This document shows positions 17,560 through 25,990 of a stretch of 64,000 nucleotides of DNA, piece by piece. The notes below the pieces were generated by a model, which saw only the letters and a list, made by a program, of their open reading frames with translations, had not been told where the DNA came from and searched no databases. The stretch covers positions 4,700-68,699 of the forward strand of contig CBDCRU010000002.1 in the NCBI GenBank assembly GCA_965221115.1. Reading direction: 5' to 3'. The position numbers and the translations under genes were made by a program. Within the stretch, counting starts at the first letter, position 1. Each line of letters begins with the position of its first letter. Source of the stretch: Alphaproteobacteria bacterium. Lineage in GTDB: Bacteria; Pseudomonadota; Alphaproteobacteria; SP197.

Positions 17560-18716
17560 AGTGCGGCTGCCAAACTCAGAGCTGACGACAAGAGCATCAT
17601 GCCGAGCAGCCCATAGGCCGCATTGTGCGCCGTCAGGATGGCTCCCGTGGCCGCCGACAACACCGCTCCCCCTGCCACGGTCAACGCACCCGAGAGGCCC
17701 GAGGCGCTTCCGGCCAGGGTTGGTCGTACCGACATGGCACCGGAACTGCTGCTCGGCATGGTGATGCCGTTGCCAATGCCGACGCAGATGCAAGCACCGA
17801 ACAGGGTCAGCTCATGCAAGACTCCTGACGCCAGAATCAACAGCCCGAGGATCAAGCCGAGGCAAGCGACGATCCGCCCGGCCAGCATCATCGTGGCAAG
17901 CGTGTATCGCGCGGCGAAGCGCCCGGAAAGGAAACTGCCAAACACAAATCCTGCCGTGATGCTCCCGATGTACACGCCAAGCAGCGAAGGAGGCACATCA
18001 AACAGCGTGCTGGCGACCAAGGGTGCACCGCCGAGAAAGGCGTAGAATCCGCCGATCGAGAAGGCCATGCAGAGCGCATAGCCCCAGAAGCGGTGAGATC
18101 GCAGCAGTTCTGGATAAGCCCGGAACTGTTTTGTCAGCGTCTCCGATGGAGATTGGTTGGTCTCGCGCAGATCGATCCAGCAAAGGGCCAGGACAAACAT
18201 GCCGAAGCCCGAGAAAGCCCAGAAGCTGGCGCGCCAGCCAAAGAGCTCGTCCAGGAGGCCGCCGAGCATGGGTCCCAGCATGGGAGCGATGGCCCAGGCC
18301 ATGGCCAGATAGCCGATCAAACTCGCCGCGCGCTGCACTCCGGCGGTATCCCTGACGACAGCAAGCGACACCGTATAGCCGGCAATGATCGAGGCCTGAA
18401 TCATGCGAAACGCCAGGAATGTCCAAACGTCTCTGGCCAGCAAGCAGCCCAGGGAGGCGAGGCAGAAAACGATCAGCGCGGCCAGCATCACCGGCCGTCG
18501 CCCAAAGCGGTCAGACAACGGACCGACGACCAACTGCAGGGCTGCCGTTGCGCCGGCGTAACCTGCAATGGCCAGGTTCACGAGGGCGTAGGGCGCCGCA
18601 AGGTCCGCTGCGATGTTCGACAGCGACGGCAAGAACAGGTTGAGCGAGAGGACAGACAGGCCACTCAGCACAATCAACGTAAAGAACCTTGGTGCAGTCG
18701 GAGTGTTCTGAGTCAT
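17505..18716 (-). CDS. MFS drug efflux transporter, Bcr/CflA-like
   Basis: 12-TM profile with MFS motif A GPLSDRFGRRPV. ATG 18716; an in-frame GTG at 18740 is the alternative start. Confidence 0.85.
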   Translation of the reverse strand: MTQNTPTAPRFFTLIVLSGLSVLSLNLFLPSLSNIAADLAAPYALVNLAIAGYAGATAALQLVVGPLSDRFGRRPVMLAALIVFCLASLGCLLARDVWTFLAFRMIQASIIAGYTVSLAVVRDTAGVQRAASLIGYLAMAWAIAPMLGPMLGGLLDELFGWRASFWAFSGFGMFVLALCWIDLRETNQSPSETLTKQFRAYPELLRSHRFWGYALCMAFSIGGFYAFLGGAPLVASTLFDVPPSLLGVYIGSITAGFVFGSFLSGRFAARYTLATMMLAGRIVACLGLILGLLILASGVLHELTLFGACICVGIGNGITMPSSSSGAMSVRPTLAGSASGLSGALTVAGGAVLSAATGAILTAHNAAYGLLGMMLLSSALSLAAALYVLWLDRSETRMCQSCP

Positions 18717-18761
18717 TTGTGTCTTTCCGTCCCAATTCACAGGACAAGCGTCAGATCAGGC

Positions 18762-18793
18762 AAAAAAAACGCCCCCGATTGTGGTCGGAGGCG
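18762..18793 (-). terminator. Intrinsic terminator on the minus strand, directly upstream of the MFS gene
   Basis: Minus strand reads CGCCTCCGA-CCACAA-TCGGGGGCG followed by eight T (A-run 18762..18769 on plus). 9-bp stem with one mismatch. Confidence 0.7.
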
Positions 18794-18817
18794 CACAGGG
18801 TCTCGGTTTGGATTCCG

Positions 18818-18865
18818 TTACCGGTCCAAGCGCCAAGCTCCCAAGACTACGATCATCTTTGTCAT
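18818..18865 (-). CDS. Candidate 15-codon leader peptide (MTKMIVVLGAWRLDR)
   Basis: ATG 18865 is preceded by GAGG about 9 nt upstream. Stop TAA lies 24 nt before the terminator stem. Too short to judge by composition. Confidence 0.3.
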   Translation of the reverse strand: MTKMIVVLGAWRLDR

Positions 18866-19148
18866 GCCGATCAACCTCGCAAACGTTCGCAGAACTCGTC
18901 AAGCGGAATCCCTGCCTGTTTCAGGGATGCGGCATGTCGGCAGCCGATGTCGGCCCGAACCGACTATCCTTCCTCACGCCGTCGACACCCTTTGCGTTCC
19001 GGGTTGAAGCAGGAACCCGGGAAACGTCGTATCGGCCTGGCCGCGGTAACGCCCTTGATCGATACCCTCCGCACACAGCTTCACGTGCCGGACGGCGCGC
19101 CCTGCCGAACGCTACAACGTCTGGAACGCGCGACTGGATACCAGCAGC

Positions 19149-20447
19149 TCAATTCCGCGCGTCGGCTTCACTCCCCCGGTCCCCCCCGATGCTGGCGCGG
19201 CGGGCGAGCGTGCCGGCGAACAGCCAGCTCGTCGCCGCCATGCCCGCTGCCACCGCGAGGCTTGCGACGAGGCCTCCCGCCTGGAAGCTGAGGCCGGAGA
19301 GCAGCGTGCCGACAAGGCGTCCGGCAGCGTTGGACATGTAGTAGAAGCCGACATCCATGGTCACCCGTTCGGCGCGGCTGAGCGCCAGGATCAGATAGGA
19401 GTGGAGCGAGGAGCTGAGGGCGAACACGACGCCGAAGGCGAGCAGAACCGCGACCAGGAGAGCCGTCAGCGCCGTCCCTTCCATGGCGGCGGCAACCACC
19501 GCCAGCAGGGCCGGAATCAGGGTCAGCACGCCGACCCAGAACCGCGCCAGCCGAATGGCGTCGCCCACGCTCTTTTCCCGCGCGTTGAGCAGCTTCGGGG
19601 CCAGCACCTGCACGGCTCCGTAACCGATGATCCAGAGCGCCATGAAACCGCCGACGAGAAAGAAGGCGGCGCGATCCGATTCGGGCGTCCCGTCCGACAG
19701 CACGGTGTAGAAGTAGACGGGAAGCGCCACGACGAACCACACATCGCGCGCACCGAAGAGGAAGAGACGCGCCGCGGACAACCGGTTCACCAGCGGGCTC
19801 CTCGAAAACACCTCGCGGAACGCCGCCTTCCGGTCGCCGCCCGGCAGGCCAGCCGGCATGCAGGCCATGACGGCTGCGAGAATGACCGCCAGCACCATCG
19901 CCATGCCGAAGAGCGCCGCCTCGAAGCCCGCCAGCGCCAGCAGGGCAGCGCCCAGGAGGAAGCCCAGGCCCTTCACTGCGTTTTTCGAGCCCGTCAGCGT
20001 TGCCGTCCAGCGGAACAGCGCACCCTGCTCCTGCGGAGCGAGAATCCTGACGGCGCTCTTGGCGCTCATCTTGGAGAGGTCCTTGGCGATCCCGGAGAGG
20101 CCCTGCGCCGCCATCACGAAGGCAACCGAAAGCGCCGTCGTCCAGGCCGGGTCGAGCTGCGTCAGGGCCGCCAGGGCAACGATCTGAAGGCCGAGCCCGA
20201 CATAGAGCGTGGAGGTGAGCCCGAAGCGGGCCGCGACCCAGCCTGCCGACAGGTTGGTGACGATGCCCATGAACTCATAGAGCAGAAAGAGATAGGCCAG
20301 CTGAACGGGAGAGAAGCCGAGCGTGTGGAAGTGCAGCAGAATCAGCATGCGGAGCGCGCCGTCGGTCAGCATGAAAGTCCAGTAGGCTGCGGTAACGGCG
20401 ATGTAGGCGGCGACCGCACCGTGCCTCGCCGGCGGTTCCACGGTCAC
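19149..20447 (-). CDS. arsJ: ArsJ-type organoarsenical efflux MFS permease
   Basis: N-terminal YWTFMLTDGALRMLILLHFHTLGFSPVQLAYLFLLYEF matches my recollection of ArsJ. GTG 20447 overlaps the stop of the upstream GAPDH gene (GTGA). Confidence 0.8.
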   Translation of the reverse strand: MTVEPPARHGAVAAYIAVTAAYWTFMLTDGALRMLILLHFHTLGFSPVQLAYLFLLYEFMGIVTNLSAGWVAARFGLTSTLYVGLGLQIVALAALTQLDPAWTTALSVAFVMAAQGLSGIAKDLSKMSAKSAVRILAPQEQGALFRWTATLTGSKNAVKGLGFLLGAALLALAGFEAALFGMAMVLAVILAAVMACMPAGLPGGDRKAAFREVFSRSPLVNRLSAARLFLFGARDVWFVVALPVYFYTVLSDGTPESDRAAFFLVGGFMALWIIGYGAVQVLAPKLLNAREKSVGDAIRLARFWVGVLTLIPALLAVVAAAMEGTALTALLVAVLLAFGVVFALSSSLHSYLILALSRAERVTMDVGFYYMSNAAGRLVGTLLSGLSFQAGGLVASLAVAAGMAATSWLFAGTLARRASIGGDRGSEADARN

Positions 20448-21493
20448 TCCAGGCTGTCCGACACGAGACCCACGACGTCTGCCAGACGGCAACTGTAGCC
20501 CCATTCACTGTCGTACCAGGCATAGACCTTGGCCTGCGTGCCGTCGACGACCATGGTCGCCGGACCGTCCACCACGGCCGAGCGCGGGTCATTCAGGAAG
20601 TCCGTCGAGACCAGCGGCCGCGCCTCGTAACCGAGAATTCCCTCGAGCGGCCCGGCGGCCCACCTGGCGAACAGCGTGTTGATCTCCTCGACGTCCGTAT
20701 CCCGTACCAACTCGAAGACGCAGTCCGTCAGCGAGGCGTTCAGCAGCGGCACCCGCACCGCATGGCCGTTCAGCCGCCCCGCAAGCTCGGGATAGATGAG
20801 GCCGATGGCCGTTGCCGAACTCGTGGTCGTCGGAACGAGCGCGTTGAGCGCGGAGCGCGCCCGGCGCAGGTCGCGGTGCGGCCGGTCGACGATGGTCTGG
20901 CTGTTGGTGACATTGTGGATTGTCGTGATCGAGCCGTGCCGGATGCCGATTTCCTCGTGCAGCACCCTGACGACGGGCGCCAGACAGTTGGTGGTGCAGC
21001 TCGCCGCCGTCACCACGTCGTGTCGTTCTGGATCGTAGAGCGCTTGGTTGACTCCGTAGATGAGGTTGAGCGCCCCTTCCTCCTTGACGGGCGCCGACAC
21101 CGCGACCTTGGCGACGCCGGCGTCGAAATAGGGCTGGAGAGCCCGCATCGTCCTGAAGCGGCCCGTGCAGTCCACGACGAGATCGATACCGTGCTCCGTC
21201 AGCGGCAGGTCTTCGATGCGCCCGGTCCCGGCAATCTCGATGTCGTGGCCGTTGACCACGACTGCGCCCTCCCGGTGGTCGATCCGGGCGTTCATGCGCC
21301 CGTGCACGGTGTCGAACTCCAGGAGATGCGCGTGAGAGGCGGCATCGCCCGCGCGATCATTCCCCAGCACAACCTCGTCCAGGCGTCCGGCGGCGTCGAG
21401 CGCCCGTAGAAAGAGCTTGCCGATACGCCCAAGACCGTTGACCGCAATGCGCGCCACCGCCCCAACCCGGATTGAAGGAACCCCTGGGACCAT
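20444..21493 (-). CDS. gap: ArsJ-associated glyceraldehyde-3-phosphate dehydrogenase
   Basis: INGLGRIGK Rossmann start and active-site SCTTNCLAP. Start is either ATG 21493 or GTG 21457. Confidence 0.9.
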   Translation of the reverse strand: MVPGVPSIRVGAVARIAVNGLGRIGKLFLRALDAAGRLDEVVLGNDRAGDAASHAHLLEFDTVHGRMNARIDHREGAVVVNGHDIEIAGTGRIEDLPLTEHGIDLVVDCTGRFRTMRALQPYFDAGVAKVAVSAPVKEEGALNLIYGVNQALYDPERHDVVTAASCTTNCLAPVVRVLHEEIGIRHGSITTIHNVTNSQTIVDRPHRDLRRARSALNALVPTTTSSATAIGLIYPELAGRLNGHAVRVPLLNASLTDCVFELVRDTDVEEINTLFARWAAGPLEGILGYEARPLVSTDFLNDPRSAVVDGPATMVVDGTQAKVYAWYDSEWGYSCRLADVVGLVSDSLE

Positions 21494-21496
21494 AGT

Positions 21497-21529
21497 GCCG
21501 GTTTGTGACAGTCCGGTGACAGCACCGGC
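21497..21529. promoter_or_regulatory. Inverted repeat enclosing two GTGACAG direct repeats upstream of gap-arsJ
   Basis: GCCGGT (21497..21502) pairs with ACCGGC (21524..21529). GTGACAG occurs at 21505 and 21516 (11-bp phasing). Lies 4-36 nt from the ATG at 21493. Confidence 0.3.
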
Positions 21530-21648
21530 CAGGTGGGCGCTGGATGAAGAACTCGAAACGACCGGGACGTCACGGCCGCGACGTATTGGCCCGTGACCCT
21601 CTCTCCGGAATTCGATCCACGGCGAGTATCACCGCGACGGTTGCCGGG

Positions 21649-22425
21649 CTAGAGCACGCCGGACTGGCTTTCAGGGAGAATCTGGCCGCCGTCGACGATG
21701 ATGGTCTGGCCGGTCACGTAACGTGCTTCGTCGCTGACGAGGTAGAGCGCCGCATAGGCGATATCTTCCGGCACGCCGAGTTCGCCCATGGGAATGGCGG
21801 GCACCATCGCGTCCTCATGCTCGCGCGCTTCGCGCGAACCGGGGCGGCGGATCAGGATGTTGCCGGGCTCGACGGCGTTGATCGTGACGCCCTTTTTGGC
21901 GACTTCCAGGGCCGCCGCCTTGATGAAGCCGTTCACACCGGCCTTCGAGGCGCAGTAGTGGCTCCACCCGGGCATGGCCACCCGCGGGCCCGAGATCGAT
22001 GAGGTTACGACGATCCGTCCGTAACGGCGGCGGACCATGTGGGGGAGAACGGCCTTCGCGATCAGGAAGAGGCTCTTGAGGTTCGTATCGAGCACGTGGT
22101 CCCACTCGGCTTCCTTCATCCTGGCGATCGTCGATGACGGGAAAACGCCTGCGTTGTGGGCAACGATGTCGATCGCGCCGAGGCGTTTCCGGGCCTCTTT
22201 GATCATGGCCTTGACCTGCTCAGCATCGGCGACATCGGTCTCCATCGCCGAGGCCTCTCCGCCAGCCCTCGAGATCTGGCGCGCAACCGCCTCTCCGCGG
22301 CCGACGGTGCGCGTTGCGATCACGACCCGTGCGCCCTCGCTTGCGAAAACCCTGGCGATGCCGGCTCCGATACCGCGTCCGCCCCCGGTGACGAGTGCAG
22401 CCTTCCCGTCCAGCCTTCCTCCCAT
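21649..22425 (-). CDS. SDR-family oxidoreductase (FabG-like)
   Basis: TGGGRGIGAGIA, NAG and YCASKAGVNGF catalytic motifs. ATG 22425. The upstream part of the 342-aa ORF is non-SDR filler. Confidence 0.9.
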   Translation of the reverse strand: MGGRLDGKAALVTGGGRGIGAGIARVFASEGARVVIATRTVGRGEAVARQISRAGGEASAMETDVADAEQVKAMIKEARKRLGAIDIVAHNAGVFPSSTIARMKEAEWDHVLDTNLKSLFLIAKAVLPHMVRRRYGRIVVTSSISGPRVAMPGWSHYCASKAGVNGFIKAAALEVAKKGVTINAVEPGNILIRRPGSREAREHEDAMVPAIPMGELGVPEDIAYAALYLVSDEARYVTGQTIIVDGGQILPESQSGVL

Positions 22426-22723
22426 AGCACTCCCTCTTCCCCGGAATTGACGCACAAGTCTGGGTGAAGAAACCGGGCACGGCAAGGAAGGGAACGCCGT
22501 GGCTCCGGCGGCTGGCTTCAGGAGAGGTGCTGAGGATTCTCGGTGATTCCGGCTTTGAGGTTGTTTCGATGCACTCTCAGGTAGCGATCGGCACACTGCG
22601 TGCGATCGATCGACAGATGGCTCGCTACATTGCGGATGGTGAACTTCGGTCGAAGCTCTTCTCCGATTGACAGGCATGTCGCAGGCAGTGGCCGTCTCTC
22701 ATCGGGATGCAGGCTCGCTCGCG

Positions 22724-24277
22724 TCAATCATCGCCAAAGACCTCTTCGCATATGGCCTCGATGCGCGCCGCTTCTTCATCACTCAGAGCTGAGAACTCCT
22801 TTTCGCGCCGCCCTTTTGGCAGTTTGCCGTCGTTCTGCCGGATAAACATGATCAGGTCCTGCGCCAGTCGATCGGGCATTTCCACCGTCTCCATGATGCG
22901 CCCTTGCGCTTCGTCGTGGCGGCGCAGGTGTTCTATCTCTTCCGGCAGGTCGTGATCGACCGTGCGGGCGACACAGGCGTAGAGGAACTCGGCTTCAGCC
23001 GTGCAGTCAAAATACCGGTAGAGATCGGTGGTATCGTTGAGAACCTCGACATTCCTATCGATTGTCGACCGCCAGTTGATGAACGACATCAGCGGCCCGG
23101 AATGGCCCTGCAGCGTCTGGCGATAATCATCGATCCGGTCCCGCATCACGGCGGAAACTGGAAAGACCATGCCCGGCGGCGTGAAGTCCCGTTCCGCCAG
23201 AACATGATGGATCAGGCAGCGGTGCAGGCGGCCGTTTCCATCCTGATAGGGGTGAATGTAGACGAAGCCGAACGCCGTGGCGGTTGCTTGCAGCACCGGA
23301 TCGATCGCGCTCGCAGTCATCCGTTCATCGGCCGCGAGCAGGCCATCCATCAGGGCAGGCAGATCTGCCGGCCGAGCACCGATGAATTCCGGCAGGGGAT
23401 CGCCATCATGATCGCGCTCGCCGAGGAACACACCGTCCGGACGCAAGCCGGCCTGGATAAAGCGGGTGTCCTCGATCAGGACACCGTGCAGACGGTCGAT
23501 TTCATCGAGTGTCAGTCGATTCTTGCCGGCCTGGAGAATCGCACGACCCCAACGCTCAAGCCGGCTGCGCGGCGGGCGCTCGCCTTCGATCGCAAAGCTG
23601 GCACGGCTATCTGCCAGCAAGAGAAAGCTGGTGGCTCGGGAGATCAGTTGTCCGCTGGTCCGGCCCACGATTTCTGCCGCCTTGGCGGCTAGACGGCGTT
23701 CCCGATAGTCTTCGAGAGCCTTGGTGCGGCGCATGACCGGGCAATGGCCGCCCGCGCCAAGCAGGTTGTCCCGCACGCGGTGACGCTTCGACAGCACGGC
23801 ATTGCCGGTCACGTAACGCCCGGAATCGAGAGCATCGACGGCCGTCACGACCGGCGCGTCGTCGATCGGCAGCCGCCGGCCCGTCATGCTCTCATAGAAG
23901 AACCAGAGCCGGCGAGTGACCGTCCCGGTGGGTGCATCGCGCACGAAGGCCGAGATCGTGTTCGGGTCCACGGCGTCGAACACACGCTTTGCCACGAGCG
24001 GGTCAAACCACTCATGGCGAAGGGCGAAACTGATGTGATCCGTGACACGGTGGCCAGGCCAGTAGCGCTTGTCGAAAACGGTCCAGTCGTTTTCTTGGCG
24101 CCGGCTGCCCTTGATGTAACCGCCAGCGACGGCGCTCGTCGCCCGGACCGGGGCCGCGATCCTGAGACCATGAACCAGTGCAGCCCAACCGGCCAGTCTT
24201 GTGTCGTTCGGAACAAGGCGCTCCTGAAACGCCAGGGGTGTTTCGCAATTCAGTTCCATCGGTCGAAATACGCTCAT
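22724..24277 (-). CDS. Fic-domain protein (AMPylase family) with internal inhibitory helix motif
   Basis: Fic motif HPYQDGNGRLHR. Upstream SFAIEG fits the [ST]xxxE[GN] inhibitory motif. 517 aa. Confidence 0.85.
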   Translation of the reverse strand: MSVFRPMELNCETPLAFQERLVPNDTRLAGWAALVHGLRIAAPVRATSAVAGGYIKGSRRQENDWTVFDKRYWPGHRVTDHISFALRHEWFDPLVAKRVFDAVDPNTISAFVRDAPTGTVTRRLWFFYESMTGRRLPIDDAPVVTAVDALDSGRYVTGNAVLSKRHRVRDNLLGAGGHCPVMRRTKALEDYRERRLAAKAAEIVGRTSGQLISRATSFLLLADSRASFAIEGERPPRSRLERWGRAILQAGKNRLTLDEIDRLHGVLIEDTRFIQAGLRPDGVFLGERDHDGDPLPEFIGARPADLPALMDGLLAADERMTASAIDPVLQATATAFGFVYIHPYQDGNGRLHRCLIHHVLAERDFTPPGMVFPVSAVMRDRIDDYRQTLQGHSGPLMSFINWRSTIDRNVEVLNDTTDLYRYFDCTAEAEFLYACVARTVDHDLPEEIEHLRRHDEAQGRIMETVEMPDRLAQDLIMFIRQNDGKLPKGRREKEFSALSDEEAARIEAICEEVFGDD

Positions 24278-24364
24278 TGGAGTCGAAAAATATCCTACAT
24301 CACAAGAGTAAGTCGAAAATCATAATACATCTCTGCCGCCGAAAATCAATCATGAGAGTCGAAA
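24262..24364. promoter_or_regulatory. Cluster of GTCGAAA repeats at the Fic start/promoter
   Basis: Perfect GTCGAAA at 24262, 24282, 24312 and 24358, plus CCGAAAA at 24339. Locally AT-rich. Confidence 0.3.
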
Positions 24365-24659
24365 CAGCATTCAAACGCGTACCATCGGCTGAAAGCCGCC
24401 GGATACGCCTGCGGCAGTCCCTATCGCGATGGAGAACAGGCCCGATGCGCACAAAAGAACGTTGCGCTTGCACGCTGCGGTCATGACGGCTCCCACGTTC
24501 CTGGAAACGGTGCATACGGCTGGCTGAATGACGCGCGGCGTCAGCTGCCGTGGGAGGGGTGTCCCGCTTCATCTGGAACAGGACTTCCCGGCAGATCAAC
24601 CGCTTCGCCAAGTGTGCTATGCATGACGGGTTTCACGGATCCCGTCCCATGACTGACCC

Positions 24660-24685
24660 GGGGATTAAATCCGGGGATTAAATCC
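24660..24685. repeat. Perfect tandem duplication of a 13-mer (GGGGATTAAATCC x2)
   Basis: Read directly. Flanked on both sides by TGACTGA (24650..24656 and 24687..24693). Confidence 0.9.
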
Positions 24686-24777
24686 TTGACTGAATGACGA
24701 TGTTACGGGATGATGCGCGTGTGGTTTGGGGTCGCCTGCCCCGCCCCACCAAACGGCCAATGGAGGGCCGACCGCGC

Positions 24778-25977
24778 ATGGTGGACGATACCGAATATCG
24801 ACAGGTTGTCTATCGACTGCTTCCTGGAACCCGGGAGAAGGCGCGCAAGCTGGCTGCCGTCGCGGGCGCATGCCGCTTCGTCTGGAACGCCATGCTTGAC
24901 CAGCAGGAGCAACTCTACACGATGGCGCGCATGTTCGACGCCAAACCGCCATCCACGTCGTTCTTCACGCTCGGCAAGGCCTTCATCCAGCTTCGACGCG
25001 TCACGCCGTGGTTGCAGGAGATGCCGTGTGCGCCTGTGCGCTACGCGCTCAAGCACCAGGCGGACGCATGGCAGCAATACTTCAGGGGACAGGGTGGCCG
25101 CCCGAAGTTCAAGCGGCGCGGGAATGACAGCGTGACGCTCCCGGACAGCATCCGCATCCGTGACGGCAAGCTCCACGTCCCGAAGATCGGGCCGATGACG
25201 CTGCGCCGCAGGGGAGGCAACCCCTACCCCGAGGGCGAGCCGGTCCGCGCCGTCATCAAGCAGGTCAACGGCAAGTGGTATGCGACCGTCTGCTACAAGG
25301 TGGCGGCTGTCGAGCGCCCTGACGACGGCACTGTGACCGGCATCGACATGAATGCAGGCCAGGTGGCCACCAGCGATGGCGAGATCATCCATGCGCCGGA
25401 CGTGGGCCGCCTTGAAGCGCGGTGCAAGCGGTTGCAACGCAGGATGTCGCGCCAGCGCAAGGGCAGCAGGCGGCGTGAGCGCACGCGCCGCCGCCATGCC
25501 CGGGCGATGCGCAGGATGGCCATGAAGCGGCGCAACTGGCAGCACCACGTCTCCCGCAAGCTGGCGAGGGGAACGGTCGTCGTGGAAGACCTCAACACCC
25601 GGGGCATGACCCGGAGTGCGAAAGGAACCGTCGAGGAGCCGGGAACCGGCGTGCGTCAGAAGTCCGGCCTCAACCGCGCCATCCTCGCGACCGGGTGGGG
25701 CGACCTGCGGGTGATGCTCGGCTACAAGGCACCGCGCCTCATCGCGGTGAACGCGGCGCATACCAGCCAGACGTGTGCCGAATGCGGCACGGTGGACGCC
25801 GCCTCGCGTCCGTCTCAAGCGACACTCAAATGCGTGGCCTGTGGCCATGCGGATCATGCGGACCTGAACGCGGCCCGCAACATCAGGCGTCGGGGACAGG
25901 CGCATCTGCACGGGGAGGGAGCGTTGCCGTCAGGCACTCCGATGATCCGTGAAACGGATCGGAGGCTGGTGGCGTGA
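24778..25977 (+). CDS. tnpB: RNA-guided endonuclease TnpB (IS605 OrfB family)
   Basis: RuvC-like D (TGIDMN), E (VVVEDLN) and D (HADLNAARNI). Zinc finger CAECG...CVACG. ATG 24778 chosen over 24694. Confidence 0.9.
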   Translation: MVDDTEYRQVVYRLLPGTREKARKLAAVAGACRFVWNAMLDQQEQLYTMARMFDAKPPSTSFFTLGKAFIQLRRVTPWLQEMPCAPVRYALKHQADAWQQYFRGQGGRPKFKRRGNDSVTLPDSIRIRDGKLHVPKIGPMTLRRRGGNPYPEGEPVRAVIKQVNGKWYATVCYKVAAVERPDDGTVTGIDMNAGQVATSDGEIIHAPDVGRLEARCKRLQRRMSRQRKGSRRRERTRRRHARAMRRMAMKRRNWQHHVSRKLARGTVVVEDLNTRGMTRSAKGTVEEPGTGVRQKSGLNRAILATGWGDLRVMLGYKAPRLIAVNAAHTSQTCAECGTVDAASRPSQATLKCVACGHADHADLNAARNIRRRGQAHLHGEGALPSGTPMIRETDRRLVA

Positions 25978-25990
25978 GCCGTTCAGTCAA
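25850..25990 (+). ncRNA. Candidate omega (reRNA) scaffold of TnpB; extent guessed
   Basis: Known TnpB guide RNAs overlap the 3' end of tnpB and the IS right end. GATCCGT-GAA-ACGGATC hairpin at 25944..25960. No covariance search was possible. Confidence 0.3.

Larger units (their letters stand above)
24686..25990 (+). mobile_element. IS200/IS605-family element carrying only tnpB (IS1341-like); ends approximate
   Basis: tnpB with no tnpA. TTGAC precedes the left non-coding arm. Imperfect hairpin at 24722..24757. Perfect hairpin at 25944..25960 near the right end. Confidence 0.6.

Noticed and set aside
18795-18840. tRNA-like 3' end (GGTTTGGATTCCG ... GCGCCA)
   Set aside because: No T-arm with 5 paired bases, no acceptor-stem complement and no anticodon arm could be drawn.
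22464-22670. 68-aa ORF with faint HicA-like segments (LRILGDSGFEVVS ... IGTLRAIDRQ)
   Set aside because: The central GSH/beta-sheet part of HicA would be missing, no HicB follows, and the resemblance is too weak to call without a profile search. At best it is a remnant.
24300-24611. 103-aa minus-strand ORF ending 23 nt upstream of fic, considered as a Fic antitoxin
   Set aside because: The sequence is Arg-rich with no helix carrying the [ST]xxxE[GN] motif. Fic already has that motif internally, and part of the ORF lies in AT-rich promoter-like DNA.
24660-24685. Possible CRISPR or minisatellite
   Set aside because: There are only two abutting 13-bp units, no spacers and no cas genes, so it is a simple tandem duplication.
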